A stretch of DNA of 52,821 nt, from positions 1 through 52,821 of the forward strand of contig JAUCBJ010008698.1 of assembly GCA_032718475.1 (NCBI GenBank). The letters are read 5' to 3'. The stretch's first letter is position 1; the number at the start of each line of letters is the position of its first letter. Under the pieces are notes generated by a model. It saw only the letters and a list, made by a program, of their open reading frames with translations. It did no database searches and had not been told where the DNA came from. A program made the translations under genes and the position numbers. This document shows, in pieces, positions 11,528 to 26,800 of the stretch. Source of the DNA: Nemertoderma westbladi. Lineage: Eukaryota; Animalia; Xenacoelomorpha.

Positions 11528-14500
11528 GGTGTACGTACGTGTCATTGAATTACGGCACTATATTCCAGAGCGTGGTGTACGTACGTGTCATTGAATTACG
11601 GCACTATATTCCAGAGCATGGTGTACGTACGTGTCATTGAATTACGGCACTATATTCCAGAGCATGGTGTACGTACGTGTCATTGAATTACGGCATTATA
11701 TTCCAGAGCGTGGTGTACGTACGTGTCATTGAATTACGGCACTATATTCCAGAGCATGGTGTACGTACGTGTCATTGAATTACGGCACTATATTCCAGAG
11801 CATGGTGTACGTACGTGTCATTGAATTACGGCACTATATTCCAGAGCATGGTGTACGTACGTGTCATTGAATTACGGCACTATATTCCAGAGCGTGGTGT
11901 ACGTACGTGTCATTGAATTACGGCACTATATTCCAGAGCATGGTGTACGTACGTGTCATTGAATTACGGCACTATATTCCAGAGCATGGTGTACGTACGT
12001 GTCATTGAATTACGGCACTATATTCCAGAGCATGGTGTACGTACGTGTCATTGAATTACGGCACTATATTCCAGAGCGTGGTGTACGTACGTGTCATTGA
12101 ATTACGGCACTATATTCCAGAGCATGGTGTACGTACGTGTCATTGAATTACGGCACTATATTCCAGAGCATGGTGTACGTACGTGTCATTGAATTACGGC
12201 ATTATATTCCAGAGCATGGTGTACGTACGTGTCATTGAATTACGGCACTATATTCCAGAGCATGGTGTACGTACGTGTCATTGAATTACGGCACTATATT
12301 CCAGAGCGTGGTGTACGTACGTGTCATTGAATTACGGCACTATATTCCAGAGCATGGTGTACGTACGTGTCATTGAATTACGGCACTATATTCCAGAGCA
12401 TGGTGTACGTACGTGTCATTGAATTACGGCACTATATTCCAGAGCATGGTGTACGTACGTGTCATTGAATTACGGCATTATATTCCAGAGCGTGGTGTAC
12501 GTACGTGTCATTGAATTACGGCACTATATTCCAGAGCATGGTGTACGTACGTGTCATTGAATTACGGCACTATATTCCAGAGCATGGTGTACGTACGTGT
12601 CATTGAATTACGGCACTATATTCCAGAGCATGGTGTACGTACGTGTCATTGAATTACGGCACTATATTCCAGAGCATGGTGTACGTACGTGTCATTGAAT
12701 TACGGCACTATATTCCAGAGCGTGGTGTACGTACGTGTCATTGAATTACGGCACTATATTCCAGAGCATGGTGTACGTACGTGTCATTGAATTACGGCAC
12801 TATATTCCAGAGCATGGTGTACGTACGTGTCATTGAATTACGGCACTATATTCCAGAGCATGGTGTACGTACGTGTCATTGAATTACGGCACTATATTCC
12901 AGAGCGTGGTGTACGTACGTGTCATTGAATTACGGCACTATATTCCAGAGCATGGTGTACGTACGTGTCATTGAATTACGGCACTATATTCCAGAGCGTG
13001 GTGTACGTACGTGTCATTGAATTACGGCACTATATTCCAGAGCGTGGTGTACGTACGTGTCATTGAATTACGGCACTATATTCCAGAGCATGGTGTACGT
13101 ACGTGTCATTGAATTACGGCATTATATTCCAGAGCGTGGTGTACGTACGTGTCATTGAATTACGGCACTATATTCCAGAGCATGGTGTACGTACGTGTCA
13201 TTGAATTACGGCACTATATTCCAGAGCGTGGTGTACGTACGTGTCATTGAATTACGGCATTATATTCCAGAGCGTGGTGTACGTACGTGTCATTGAATTA
13301 CGGCACTATATTCCAGAGCATGGTGTACGTACGTGTCATTGAATTACGGCACTATATTCCAGAGCATGGTGTACGTACGTGTCATTGAATTACGGCACTA
13401 TATTCCAGAGCGTGGTGTACGTACGTGTCATTGAATTACGGCACTATATTCCAGAGCGTGGTGTACGTACGTGTCATTGAATTACGGCACTATATTCCAG
13501 AGCATGGTGTACGTACGTGTCATTGAATTACGGCACTATATTCCAGAGCATGGTGTACGTACGTGTCATTGAATTACGGCACTATATTCCAGAGCATGGT
13601 GTACGTACGTGTCATTGAATTACGGCATTATATTCCAGAGCGTGGTGTACGTACGTGTCATTGAATTACGGCACTATATTCCAGAGCGTGGTGTACGTAC
13701 GTGTCATTGAATTACGGCACTATATTCCAGAGCGTGGTGTACGTACGTGTCATTGAATTACGGCACTATATTCCAGAGCATGGTGTACGTACGTGTCATT
13801 GAATTACGGCACTATATTCCAGAGCGTGGTGTACGTACGTGTCATTGAATTACGGCACTATATTCCAGAGCATGGTGTACGTACGTGTCATTGAATTACG
13901 GCACTATATTCCAGAGCATGGTGTACGTACGTGTCATTGAATTACGGCACTATATTCCAGAGCGTGGTGTACGTACGTGTCATTGAATTACGGCACTATA
14001 TTCCAGAGCATGGTGTACGTACGTGTCATTGAATTACGGCATTATATTCCAGAGCGTGGTGTACGTACGTGTCATTGAATTACGGCACTATATTCCAGAG
14101 CATGGTGTACGTACGTGTCATTGAATTACGGCACTATATTCCAGAGCATGGTGTACGTACGTGTCATTGAATTACGGCACTATATTCCAGAGCGTGGTGT
14201 ACGTACGTGTCATTGAATTACGGCACTATATTCCAGAGCGTGGTGTACGTACGTGTCATTGAATTACGGCACTATATTCCAGAGCGTGGTGTACGTACGT
14301 GTCATTGAATTACGGCACTATATTCCAGAGCATGGTGTACGTACGTGTCATTGAATTACGGCACTATATTCCAGAGCATGGTGTACGTACGTGTCATTGA
14401 ATTACGGCACTATATTCCAGAGCATGGTGTACGTACGTGTCATTGAATTACGGCACTATATTCCAGAGCGTGGTGTACGTACGTGTCATTGAATTACGGC

Positions 14501-17500
14501 ACTATATTCCAGAGCGTGGTGTACGTACGTGTCATTGAATTACGGCACTATATTCCAGAGCGTGGTGTACGTACGTGTCATTGAATTACGGCACTATATT
14601 CCAGAGCATGGTGTACGTACGTGTCATTGAATTACGGCACTATATTCCAGAGCGTGGTGTACGTACGTGTCATTGAATTACGGCACTATATTCCAGAGCG
14701 TGGTGTACGTACGTGTCATTGAATTACGGCACTATATTCCAGAGCGTGGTGTACGTACGTGTCATTGAATTACGGCACTATATTCCAGAGCGTGGTGTAC
14801 GTACGTGTCATTGAATTACGGCACTATATTCCAGAGCGTGGTGTACGTACGTGTCATTGAATTACGGCACTATATTCCAGAGCGTGGTGTACGTACGTGT
14901 CATTGAATTACGGCACTATATTCCAGAGCATGGTGTACGTACGTGTCATTGAATTACGGCACTATATTCCAGAGCATGGTGTACGTACGTGTCATTGAAT
15001 TACGGCACTATATTCCAGAGCATGGTGTACGTACGTGTCATTGAATTACGGCACTATATTCCAGAGCGTGGTGTACGTACGTGTCATTGAATTACGGCAC
15101 TATATTCCAGAGCATGGTGTACGTACGTGTCATTGAATTACGGCACTATATTCCAGAGCGTGGTGTACGTACGTGTCATTGAATTACGGCACTATATTCC
15201 AGAGCGTGGTGTACGTACGTGTCATTGAATTACGGCACTATATTCCAGAGCGTGGTGTACGTACGTGTCATTGAATTACGGCACTATATTCCAGAGCGTG
15301 GTGTACGTACGTGTCATTGAATTACGGCACTATATTCCAGAGCATGGTGTACGTACGTGTCATTGAATTACGGCACTATATTCCAGAGCATGGTGTACGT
15401 ACGTGTCATTGAATTACGGCACTATATTCCAGAGCATGGTGTACGTACGTGTCATTGAATTACGGCACTATATTCCAGAGCGTGGTGTACGTACGTGTCA
15501 TTGAATTACGGCACTATATTCCAGAGCATGGTGTACGTACGTGTCATTGAATTACGGCACTATATTCCAGAGCATGGTGTACGTACGTGTCATTGAATTA
15601 CGGCACTATATTCCAGAGCATGGTGTACGTACGTGTCATTGAATTACGGCACTATATTCCAGAGCGTGGTGTACGTACGTGTCATTGAATTACGGCACTA
15701 TATTCCAGAGCGTGGTGTACGTACGTGTCATTGAATTACGGCACTATATTCCAGAGCGTGGTGTACGTACGTGTCATTGAATTACGGCACTATATTCCAG
15801 AGCGTGGTGTACGTACGTGTCATTGAATTACGGCACTATATTCCAGAGCATGGTGTACGTACGTGTCATTGAATTACGGCACTATATTCCAGAGCGTGGT
15901 GTACGTACGTGTCATTGAATTACGGCACTATATTCCAGAGCGTGGTGTACGTACGTGTCATTGAATTACGGCACTATATTCCAGAGCGTGGTGTACGTAC
16001 GTGTCATTGAATTACGGCACTATATTCCAGAGCATGGTGTACGTACGTGTCATTGAATTACGGCACTATATTCCAGAGCGTGGTGTACGTACGTGTCATT
16101 GAATTACGGCACTATATTCCAGAGCGTGGTGTACGTACGTGTCATTGAATTACGGCACTATATTCCAGAGCATGGTGTACGTACGTGTCATTGAATTACG
16201 GCACTATATTCCAGAGCATGGTGTACGTACGTGTCATTGAATTACGGCACTATATTCCAGAGCGTGGTGTACGTACGTGTCATTGAATTACGGCACTATA
16301 TTCCAGAGCATGGTGTACGTACGTGTCATTGAATTACGGCACTATATTCCAGAGCATGGTGTACGTACGTGTCATTGAATTACGGCACTATATTCCAGAG
16401 CGTGGTGTACGTACGTGTCATTGAATTACGGCACTATATTCCAGAGCATGGTGTACGTACGTGTCATTGAATTACGGCACTATATTCCAGAGCATGGTGT
16501 ACGTACGTGTCATTGAATTACGGCACTATATTCCAGAGCGTGGTGTACGTACGTGTCATTGAATTACGGCACTATATTCCAGAGCGTGGTGTACGTACGT
16601 GTCATTGAATTACGGCACTATATTCCAGAGCATGGTGTACGTACGTGTCATTGAATTACGGCACTATATTCCAGAGCGTGGTGTACGTACGTGTCATTGA
16701 ATTACGGCACTATATTCCAGAGCATGGTGTACGTACGTGTCATTGAATTACGGCACTATATTCCAGAGCGTGGTGTACGTACGTGTCATTGAATTACGGC
16801 ACTATATTCCAGAGCGTGGTGTACGTACGTGTCATTGAATTACGGCACTATATTCCAGAGCGTGGTGTACGTACGTGTCATTGAATTACGGCACTATATT
16901 CCAGAGCATGGTGTACGTACGTGTCATTGAATTACGGCACTATATTCCAGAGCGTGGTGTACGTACGTGTCATTGAATTACGGCACTATATTCCAGAGCG
17001 TGGTGTACGTACGTGTCATTGAATTACGGCACTATATTCCAGAGCGTGGTGTACGTACGTGTCATTGAATTACGGCACTATATTCCAGAGCGTGGTGTAC
17101 GTACGTGTCATTGAATTACGGCACTATATTCCAGAGCGTGGTGTACGTACGTGTCATTGAATTACGGCACTATATTCCAGAGCGTGGTGTACGTACGTGT
17201 CATTGAATTACGGCACTATATTCCAGAGCATGGTGTACGTACGTGTCATTGAATTACGGCACTATATTCCAGAGCATGGTGTACGTACGTGTCATTGAAT
17301 TACGGCACTATATTCCAGAGCGTGGTGTACGTACGTGTCATTGAATTACGGCACTATATTCCAGAGCGTGGTGTACGTACGTGTCATTGAATTACGGCAC
17401 TATATTCCAGAGCGTGGTGTACGTACGTGTCATTGAATTACGGCACTATATTCCAGAGCGTGGTGTACGTACGTGTCATTGAATTACGGCACTATATTCC

Positions 17501-19663
17501 AGAGCATGGTGTACGTACGTGTCATTGAATTACGGCACTATATTCCAGAGCATGGTGTACGTACGTGTCATTGAATTACGGCACTATATTCCAGAGCGTG
17601 GTGTACGTACGTGTCATTGAATTACGGCACTATATTCCAGAGCGTGGTGTACGTACGTGTCATTGAATTACGGCACTATATTCCAGAGCGTGGTGTACGT
17701 ACGTGTCATTGAATTACGGCACTATATTCCAGAGCATGGTGTACGTACGTGTCATTGAATTACGGCACTATATTCCAGAGCGTGGTGTACGTACGTGTCA
17801 TTGAATTACGGCACTATATTCCAGAGCGTGGTGTACGTACGTGTCATTGAATTACGGCACTATATTCCAGAGCATGGTGTACGTACGTGTCATTGAATTA
17901 CGGCACTATATTCCAGAGCATGGTGTACGTACGTGTCATTGAATTACGGCACTATATTCCAGTGTGGTGTACGTACGTGTCATTGAATTACGGCACTATA
18001 TTCCAGAGCATGGTGTACGTACGTGTCATTGAATTACGGCACTATATTCCAGAGCATGGTGTACGTACGTGTCATTGAATTACGGCACTATATTCCAGAG
18101 CATGGTGTACGTACGTGTCATTGAATTACGGCACTATATTCCAGAGCATGGTGTACGTACGTGTCATTGAATTACGGCACTATATTCCAGTGCTGGTGTA
18201 CGTACGTGTCATTGAATTACGGCACTATATTCCAGAGCATGGTGTACGTACGTGTCATTGAATTACGGCATTATATTCCAGAGCATGGTGTACGTACGTG
18301 TCATTGAATTACGGCACTATATTCCAGTGTGGTGTACGTACGTGTCATTGAATTACGGCACTATATTCCAGAGCGTGGTGTACGTACGTGTCATTGAATT
18401 ACGGCATTATATTCCAGAGCATGGTGTACGTACGTGTCATTGAATTACGGCATTATATTCCAGAGCATGGTGTACGTACGTGTCATTGAATTACGGCACT
18501 ATATTCCAGTGTGGTGTACGTACGTGTCATTGAATTACGGCACTATATTCCAGAGCATGGTGTACGTACGTGTCATTGAATTACGGCACTATATTCCAGA
18601 GCATGGTGTACGTACGTGTCATTGAATTACGGCACTATATTCCAGAGCATGGTGTACGTACGTGTCATTGAATTACGGCACTATATTCCAGTGTGGTGTA
18701 CGTACGTGTCATTGAATTACGGCACTATATTCCAGAGCATGGTGTACGTACGTGTCATTGAATTACGGCATTATATTCCAGAGCATGGTGTACGTACGTG
18801 TCATTGAATTACGGCACTATATTCCAGTGTGGTGTACGTACGTGTCATTGAATTACGGCACTATATTCCAGAGCGTGGTGTACGTACGTGTCATTGAATT
18901 ACGGCACTATATTCCAGAGCATGGTGTACGTACGTGTCATTGAATTACGGCACTATATTCCAGTGTGGTGTACGTACGTGTCATTGAATTACGGCACTAT
19001 ATTCCAGAGCATGGTGTACGTACGTGTCATTGAATTACGGCATTATATTCCAGAGCATGGTGTACGTACGTGTCATTGAATTACGGCACTATATTCCAGT
19101 GTGGTGTACGTACGTGTCATTGAATTACGGCACTATATTCCAGAGCGTGGTGTACGTACGTGTCATTGAATTACGGCATTATATTCCAGAGCATGGTGTA
19201 CGTACGTGTCATTGAATTACGGCATTATATTCCAGAGCATGGTGTACGTACGTGTCATTGAATTACGGCACTATATTCCAGTGTGGTGTACGTACGTGTC
19301 ATTGAATTACGGCACTATATTCCAGAGCATGGTGTACGTACGTGTCATTGAATTACGGCACTATATTCCAGAGCATGGTGTACGTACGTGTCATTGAATT
19401 ACGGCATTATATTCCAGAGCATGGTGTACGTACGTGTCATTGAATTACGGCACTATATTCCAGAGCATGGTGTACGTACGTGTCATTGAATTACGGCACT
19501 ATATTCCAGAGCATGGTGTACGTACGTGTCATTGAATTACGGCACTATATTCCAGAGCATGGTGTACGTACGTGTCATTGAATTACGGCATTATATTCCA
19601 GAGCATGGTGTACGTACGTGTCATTGAATTACGGCACTATATTCCAGAGCATGGTGTACGTAC
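11528..19663. repeat. 46-bp tandem satellite, left block (roughly 175 units)
   Basis: Unit GGTGTACGTACGTGTCATTGAATTACGGCA(C/T)TATATTCCAGAGC(A/G)T; 44-bp deletion variants appear from ~17960. Confidence 0.98.
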
Positions 19664-21889
19664 TAGGGTGGTCCTTATTTTGAAAGGTTGGAATTTATCA
19701 TCTCTGACCCCCTCAAATGTATCCATTTCGTCAAAAAATACGACATGCGAAATTTTAAGCATGTACATCAAATATTAGAGGTAGCTCAAACACACTGAAG
19801 TTGAGTGTCTGGTCACCGATTGATCGCGCGCGAAGAATATAATAGAGTTTGCTGATATGAAGGCTTCTGTTGGTCGTACAGAGTTAATTTTAGGCTTGTT
19901 TGAACCGCAGTCATCGATTTAGTGGGTGTAGATACCTTCAAAACAAGTGCTAAGCTAGTAGTTCTTGAGATATCACACAAAAGCTTAAGCCCGGCACAAC
20001 TCATCAATCGATCATTCGGTTGATTACGCCAAGGACATATTGAAATATTGGCATTAACATTTTGTAGGTCTACGTCCCTACATCTTATTTCAGTTAATCT
20101 CGATTTTAGCATTGTTTAACCATTCAAAGCTATGTTTAGTAAAAAAAATTCGTCATAACCCCATGGGAAATGCTTGCACAAGCATCACTAATTTGTGTCT
20201 AAGCGCCATTCAGCCATTTGGTACGATATCAATAATTGGCCACAAAACTTAACTTTTGGTTAATTATATCTAGGAACTGTTCGTTTAATTTGATTTTGAC
20301 TGATTTTCAGTGCAGAACCCAAAAATGGCAACTGATTTGTATTTTAAAATGATATGGTACATGATATACAACAATACTATACTGTACTTCAAAGCATTTT
20401 AAGATAAGGATTGATAGATGCAGAGATATGTGCATCCAACGACCAAAAGAGAACTAATATATGGGAAGAAGCTTTGCACATATGTATTATACATAATTAG
20501 AGAATGCTGATTCCAAATCTGATTTCAGATTTGCCCTACCACATAATTACCACGTAATTTGAACTCAAATTGGCAATTGTGAAAAAACTTGATATGCTAT
20601 GGCAGCATGGCAAATCTGAAAGCAGATTTGGAATCACCATTGTTTAATTATATATAATTCATATGAACAAAGCTCCATTCAATGTTGTAGATTGATTTTG
20701 AGCATATTTGATTATTTTTTAATCAACTTCTCTCCTTACAGTTGTTCGCGATAAGTAATTTGAACTTAAATTGGTAATTTTGAAAATAACTTGATATGCT
20801 ATGACAAATATGAAAGCAGATTTAGAATCAGCATTGTTTTAATTATATATAATTCATATAAACAAAGCTCCTTTCAATGTTTTAGATTGATATTGAGCAT
20901 ATTTGATCCTCATTTGAATCTACATCACTCATCATAGTCGTTTGCAATAAGTTTTTTGAATTCAATTTGGCAATTGTGAGAAAACTTGATGAGGTAGGGC
21001 AAATCTGAAATCAGATTTGGAATCAGCATTGTCTAATTATGTATAATGCATATGTTCAAAGCTTCTTCCCATATAGATACTCTTATGGTCTGCACTGCAC
21101 TGCACATATCTCTGCATCTATCAATCCTTTTAATATGCTTTGAAGTACAGTATGGTATTGTTGTATATCACAGTATCATGCACTATATCATTTTAAAATT
21201 CAAATCAGATGAGATTTTTGGATTCTGCACCTTAAAATCAGTCAAAATCAAATTAAACGAACAGTTCCTAGATATAATTAACCAAAAGTTAAGTTTTGTG
21301 GCCAATTATTAATATCGTACCAAATGGCGCTTAGACACAAATTAGTGATGCTTGTGCAAGCATTTCCCATGGGGTTGTGATGAATTTTTTTTACTAAACA
21401 TAGCTTTGAACAGTTGAATGGTTAGACAATGCTAAAATCGAGATTAACTGAAATAAGATGCAGGGAGGTAGACCTACAAAATGTTAATGCCAATATTTCA
21501 ATATGTCCTTGGCGTAATCAATTGAATGATCGATTGATGAGTTGTGCCGGGCTTAAGCTTTTGTGTGATATCTCAAGAACTACTAGCTTAGCACTTGTTT
21601 TGAAGGTATCTACACCCACTAAATCGATGACTGCGGTTCAAACAAGCCTAAAATTATCTCTGTACGACCAACAGAAGCCTTCATATCAGCAAACTCCATT
21701 ATATTCTGCGCGCGCGATCAAAAGGTGTCCAAACGCTCAACTTCAGGGTGTTTGAGCTACCTCTAAATATATATCATTTGTGCTCAAATTTTACTCAAGG
21801 TGTTTTTTTTATCAGAAGAAAGGACTTGGGGGGGTCAGAGGAGAATTTCCACAGCTTTTAAATTTTACATTGAAATAAGGACCACCCTA
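19664..21889. mobile_element. Non-autonomous hAT-like foldback DNA transposon (2226 bp) inserted in the satellite
   Basis: TIR TAGGGTGGTCCTTATTT / AAATAAGGACCACCCTA; 8-bp TSD GTACGTAC (19656-19663, 21890-21897) whose removal restores a canonical satellite unit; ~780-bp internal inverted arms; central ~180-bp tandem subrepeats; no transposase. Confidence 0.9.
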
Positions 21890-23835
21890 GTACGTACGTG
21901 TCATTGAATTACGGCACTATATTCCAGAGCATGGTGTACGTACGTGTCATTGAATTACGGCACTATATTCCAGTGTGGTGTACGTACGTGTCATTGAATT
22001 ACGGCACTATATTCCAGAGCATGGTGTACGTACGTGTCATTGAATTACGGCATTATATTCCAGAGCATGGTGTACGTACGTGTCATTGAATTACGGCACT
22101 ATATTCCAGTGTGGTGTACGTACGTGTCATTGAATTACGGCACTATATTCCAGAGCGTGGTGTACGTACGTGTCATTGAATTACGGCATTATATTCCAGA
22201 GCATGGTGTACGTACGTGTCATTGAATTACGGCATTATATTCCAGAGCATGGTGTACGTACGTGTCATTGAATTACGGCACTATATTCCAGTGTGGTGTA
22301 CGTACGTGTCATTGAATTACGGCACTATATTCCAGAGCATGGTGTACGTACGTGTCATTGAATTACGGCACTATATTCCAGAGCGTGGTGTACGTACGTG
22401 TCATTGAATTACGGCACTATATTCCAGAGCGTGGTGTACGTACGTGTCATTGAATTACGGCACTATATTCCAGAGCATGGTGTACGTACGTGTCATTGAA
22501 TTACGGCACTATATTCCAGAGCATGGTGTACGTACGTGTCATTGAATTACGGCACTATATTCCAGAGCATGGTGTACGTACGTGTCATTGAATTACGGCA
22601 CTATATTCCAGAGCATGGTGTACGTACGTGTCATTGAATTACGGCACTATATTCCAGAGCGTGGTGTACGTACGTGTCATTGAATTACGGCACTATATTC
22701 CAGAGCATGGTGTACGTACGTGTCATTGAATTACGGCATTATATTCCAGAGCATGGTGTACGTACGTGTCATTGAATTACGGCACTATATTCCAGAGCGT
22801 GGTGTACGTACGTGTCATTGAATTACGGCATTATATTCCAGAGCATGGTGTACGTACGTGTCATTGAATTACGGCACTATATTCCAGAGCATGGTGTACG
22901 TACGTGTCATTGAATTACGGCATTATATTCCAGAGCGTGGTGTACGTACGTACGTGTCATTGAATTACGGCACTATATTCCAGAGCATGGTGTACGTACG
23001 TGTCATTGAATTACGGCACTATATTCCAGAGCATGGTGTACGTACGTGTCATTGAATTACGGCACTATATTCCAGAGCGTGGTGTACGTACGTGTCATTG
23101 AATTACGGCACTATATTCCAGAGCATGGTGTACGTACGTGTCATTGAATTACGGCATTATATTCCAGAGCATGGTGTACGTACGTGTCATTGAATTACGG
23201 CACTATATTCCAGAGCATGGTGTACGTACGTGTCATTGAATTACGGCATTATATTCCAGAGCATGGTGTACGTACGTGTCATTGAATTACGGCACTATAT
23301 TCCAGAGCATGGTGTACGTACGTGTCATTGAATTACGGCATTATATTCCAGAGCGTGGTGTACGTACGTACGTGTCATTGAATTACGGCACTATATTCCA
23401 GAGCATGGTGTACGTACGTGTCATTGAATTACGGCATTATATTCCAGAGCGTGGTGTACGTACGTACGTGTCATTGAATTACGGCACTATATTCCAGAGC
23501 GTGGTGTACGTACGTGTCATTGAATTACGGCATTATATTCCAGAGCGTGGTGTACGTACGTGTCATTGAATTACGGCACTATATTCCAGTGTGGTGTACG
23601 TACGTGTCATTGAATTACGGCACTATATTCCAGAGCATGGTGTACGTACGTGTCATTGAATTACGGCATTATATTCCAGAGCGTGGTGTACGTACGTACG
23701 TGTCATTGAATTACGGCACTATATTCCAGAGCATGGTGTACGTACGTGTCATTGAATTACGGCATTATATTCCAGAGCATGGTGTACGTACGTGTCATTG
23801 AATTACGGCATTATATTCCAGAGCGTGGGTGGTGT
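21890..23835. repeat. 46-bp tandem satellite, right block (roughly 42 units)
   Basis: Same unit; includes 44-bp and 50-bp (+TACG) variants. Confidence 0.98.
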
Positions 23836-26800
23836 ACTCGTTACTGGTATTGTCATTATTCTATTCTTTGACTTTATGTATTATGTAGCCCAGTAGTCAT
23901 ATATAACCGACCCGACCCGTTAATTCAACTGTAATTAATGATGTAATATTATTGTAATGGAAAAAATGAGGAAGCACGTCACCGGATGTTGCTAACCAGT
24001 TGCTCATGACACTTACTTTCCAGTCTAATCCACTTCTATTGAACAGGCAGTCTTAGGCGGTCATTTTTCAATTTCTGAACAAAATAATAATATTTAAATC
24101 TGAAACTTATGGTCTGTCTTTTTTTTAAGAGTGCTGCTCCAGTGTTACAGAATACTTACAATTCTGTAATTGCTTGTCATTCACTCTCACGGGTCAACTA
24201 TGATCTGATTCTTAATAAGCATGTAGGCTTACGTGACAAAAAAAAATGACATAATGACAATAAGTCATTATTATGATCAGATCGCCTGTTTAGTATTTAT
24301 CTTTCCTTATTAGAAATACATTATCCCGCCCTGAAGTCGGCTTGCCGTTTGGTTAACAACTTTAATTGGAACTATGACGTATGTGGTTTAGAACTAAAGT
24401 TCTTTAGAACTAACGACACCCCATGGTTCAGTAATTATGTTTAGATCAATTAAATACACATTTCTTAAAGCAAATCACTTGAACTAATTAAACACTATAA
24501 TGGAATGGGGATTCCAGCTGTATAATTTTTAATAACTACACCCCAGTCGGGGTAAAATGACTGTATATTAATTAATTTTAATTAAATACCATAATAATAT
24601 TATATACACCGAAATAACATGTATAATTTTAAAGTGCAATTAATTAATTAAATCTTAAAGTAGAAAATAATTAATTTCCATGACAGGACACCCTAAAAAG
24701 GCCGCTTTTTACCGCAATTAAAATAATTAACTACTTTTATCTTAGCTTCTCGAAGGCTGCACGTAAATTTAACTTGGGAAATTTCTAAACTTTTGCCAGA
24801 CTACACATGTACCAAGTTTGGTTATTGTTATTAACGTTCAAATATTGGACACGACAGAGCGACAGAACAACGTGTTGATTAATGGTACCCCTTCGCTAAG
24901 GCTCACCTTACTTTGTGGCTCGCCCCACATGAAGCTAATATAATATATAATCATAAATTATTAATACAATTGAATGTGTATAAACATCTCGCTGATGAAG
25001 CATAATAAGCTGAAACCCACCCTATGTTGCTATTATTTGGTTGTTAGTTCAACACCCAGCGACGTTCTTCCTATCTGTTTTCTATTATGAATAAAATATC
25101 ACCTGGAGGAAAAACTCGAGTTGAATATTTACTTATTTGCTGTTATTACTGTTTCAAGTAAACATACGTTAGGCCGTAAGGTCCGCCGTTAGAGATAAGA
25201 TATGAAACTTAACTAATAGGCCGAATTGCGCATAATGCTGGTTCAACCCCCGATGACGTGCTTCCTATATTTTAAAATTTCTGAAAAAAAATATATTCAA
25301 AATACATACCGTAGCTCAAGGCAGCCTGTCATTCAGCCAACGTGTATTGGGCTCGCCTCAGAGCGTAATTATGTGATTGTATTGTTCGCTCCCACCTTTA
25401 ACCTTCTTGGTGTTATCAAACGCTTTCACGCGTAAGTCCTCCTATCTTCCACCTCAAACGGACAATTAAATCGACTAAATGTATAAGTTGGAATTGCCCT
25501 GGATAGCGTGTTTTCAGGATGATTGTCTATATAAATAAACTGAACTGGCTGTGTGCAAAAACTGGTCCGCTATCGGGTAAAAGTATGGGATAAAGGCGCA
25601 TTGGCTGGGGGGTGAGCTATGAAAAAGCTAGCAAAATGTTTCTAATTACTGATATAATAATATTATATTACTACACAATACAATAGATAGCAATAATTAA
25701 TAGTAACATATGATTGCAATATGTCGGTTTTTCTTGTCGTCAATTATTTTGTCATAGAATTAATTACAGTACTACCGTATTGATGTATTGCGCAGTACCA
25801 GAGAGAACAAAAAGGGATTAATTATTATGCAATTTCCTGATAGAGAAATAACATCCAATGTAATTACAATATCAATACAGGCGATTGCAATAAAATGGCT
25901 CCTCAACAAGGCTTAAGTTCCGACGGCCAAAATTGTAAATTAATAAATAATATTTAGAAATTGTTAAATAATAATTAGAAATTGTTAAATAATATTTAGA
26001 AATTGTATAAAACGTCAAAACGATAATTTACCAGAATCTCAACATTAATGACAAAGAACCAATATTTGTGCACTTGGCACTGCGCAATATTACATTAGAT
26101 ACCTTAAATTATCAATATACTCGGTACAGGTTTTAGGTACAGTTAAATATCTGTCCATTTTATAAACAATAATCATAAAATAATTAATACCAATCTTTGG
26201 AGTGCAATCATTTCGATGATTTAGTTCTCAGTTTTATTTTCTTAATAAATAAACTGGTCGTATGCAAAATGTAAATGAATATATATATACAATGTACATA
26301 CGTCATACATACACTATAACTACTTTTAACATATACATACATACAATACATTTTAGACTATACAATGTTATTATTACAGTTAAACATATGGGATGGGTGG
26401 GTGTGGTGGTCCAAAAAGGCCAAATTACGAACGTCAATTATTTTATACGAAATTAAAACGTATAGCTCTAAATACACCATGACCCGTAATATAGTGTCAT
26501 TTTCTGATGACACGGACCCCCCCCCCCCCCCCCAAATTTTTCTACAAATCTTTATCATATTGCTTGAAATTTGAAACACAACTAGTTCAACTCGCCGTGG
26601 TTGTTACCATGAAGCCGGAATTTTCGATTTCGCCTTTAAATTTTATTTATAAGCGTTTTAAAAAAGTGTCTTTTGAGAAATCGCACCCTCTGTATCATTG
26701 CCATTCTTCACTGTAGTCGTAATTTTTTCACATCAATAGAAAGCTAGCGTTGAAAGGATTCCAAATATGTAGCAATATCTGAATTTCGTTGAGAAACAGC

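Noticed and set aside
19813-21755. Twin ~100-aa ORFs in the foldback arms as a transposase
   Set aside because: No hAT DDE, BED or dimerisation motifs; they mirror each other only because the arms are inverted.
17887-23801. Repeated 63-97 aa 'MSLNYG…' ORFs
   Set aside because: GTG-started translations of the satellite, opened by 44-bp and 50-bp variant units.
11528-23835. CRISPR array
   Set aside because: Head-to-tail units with no unique spacers, no cas genes, eukaryotic intron context.
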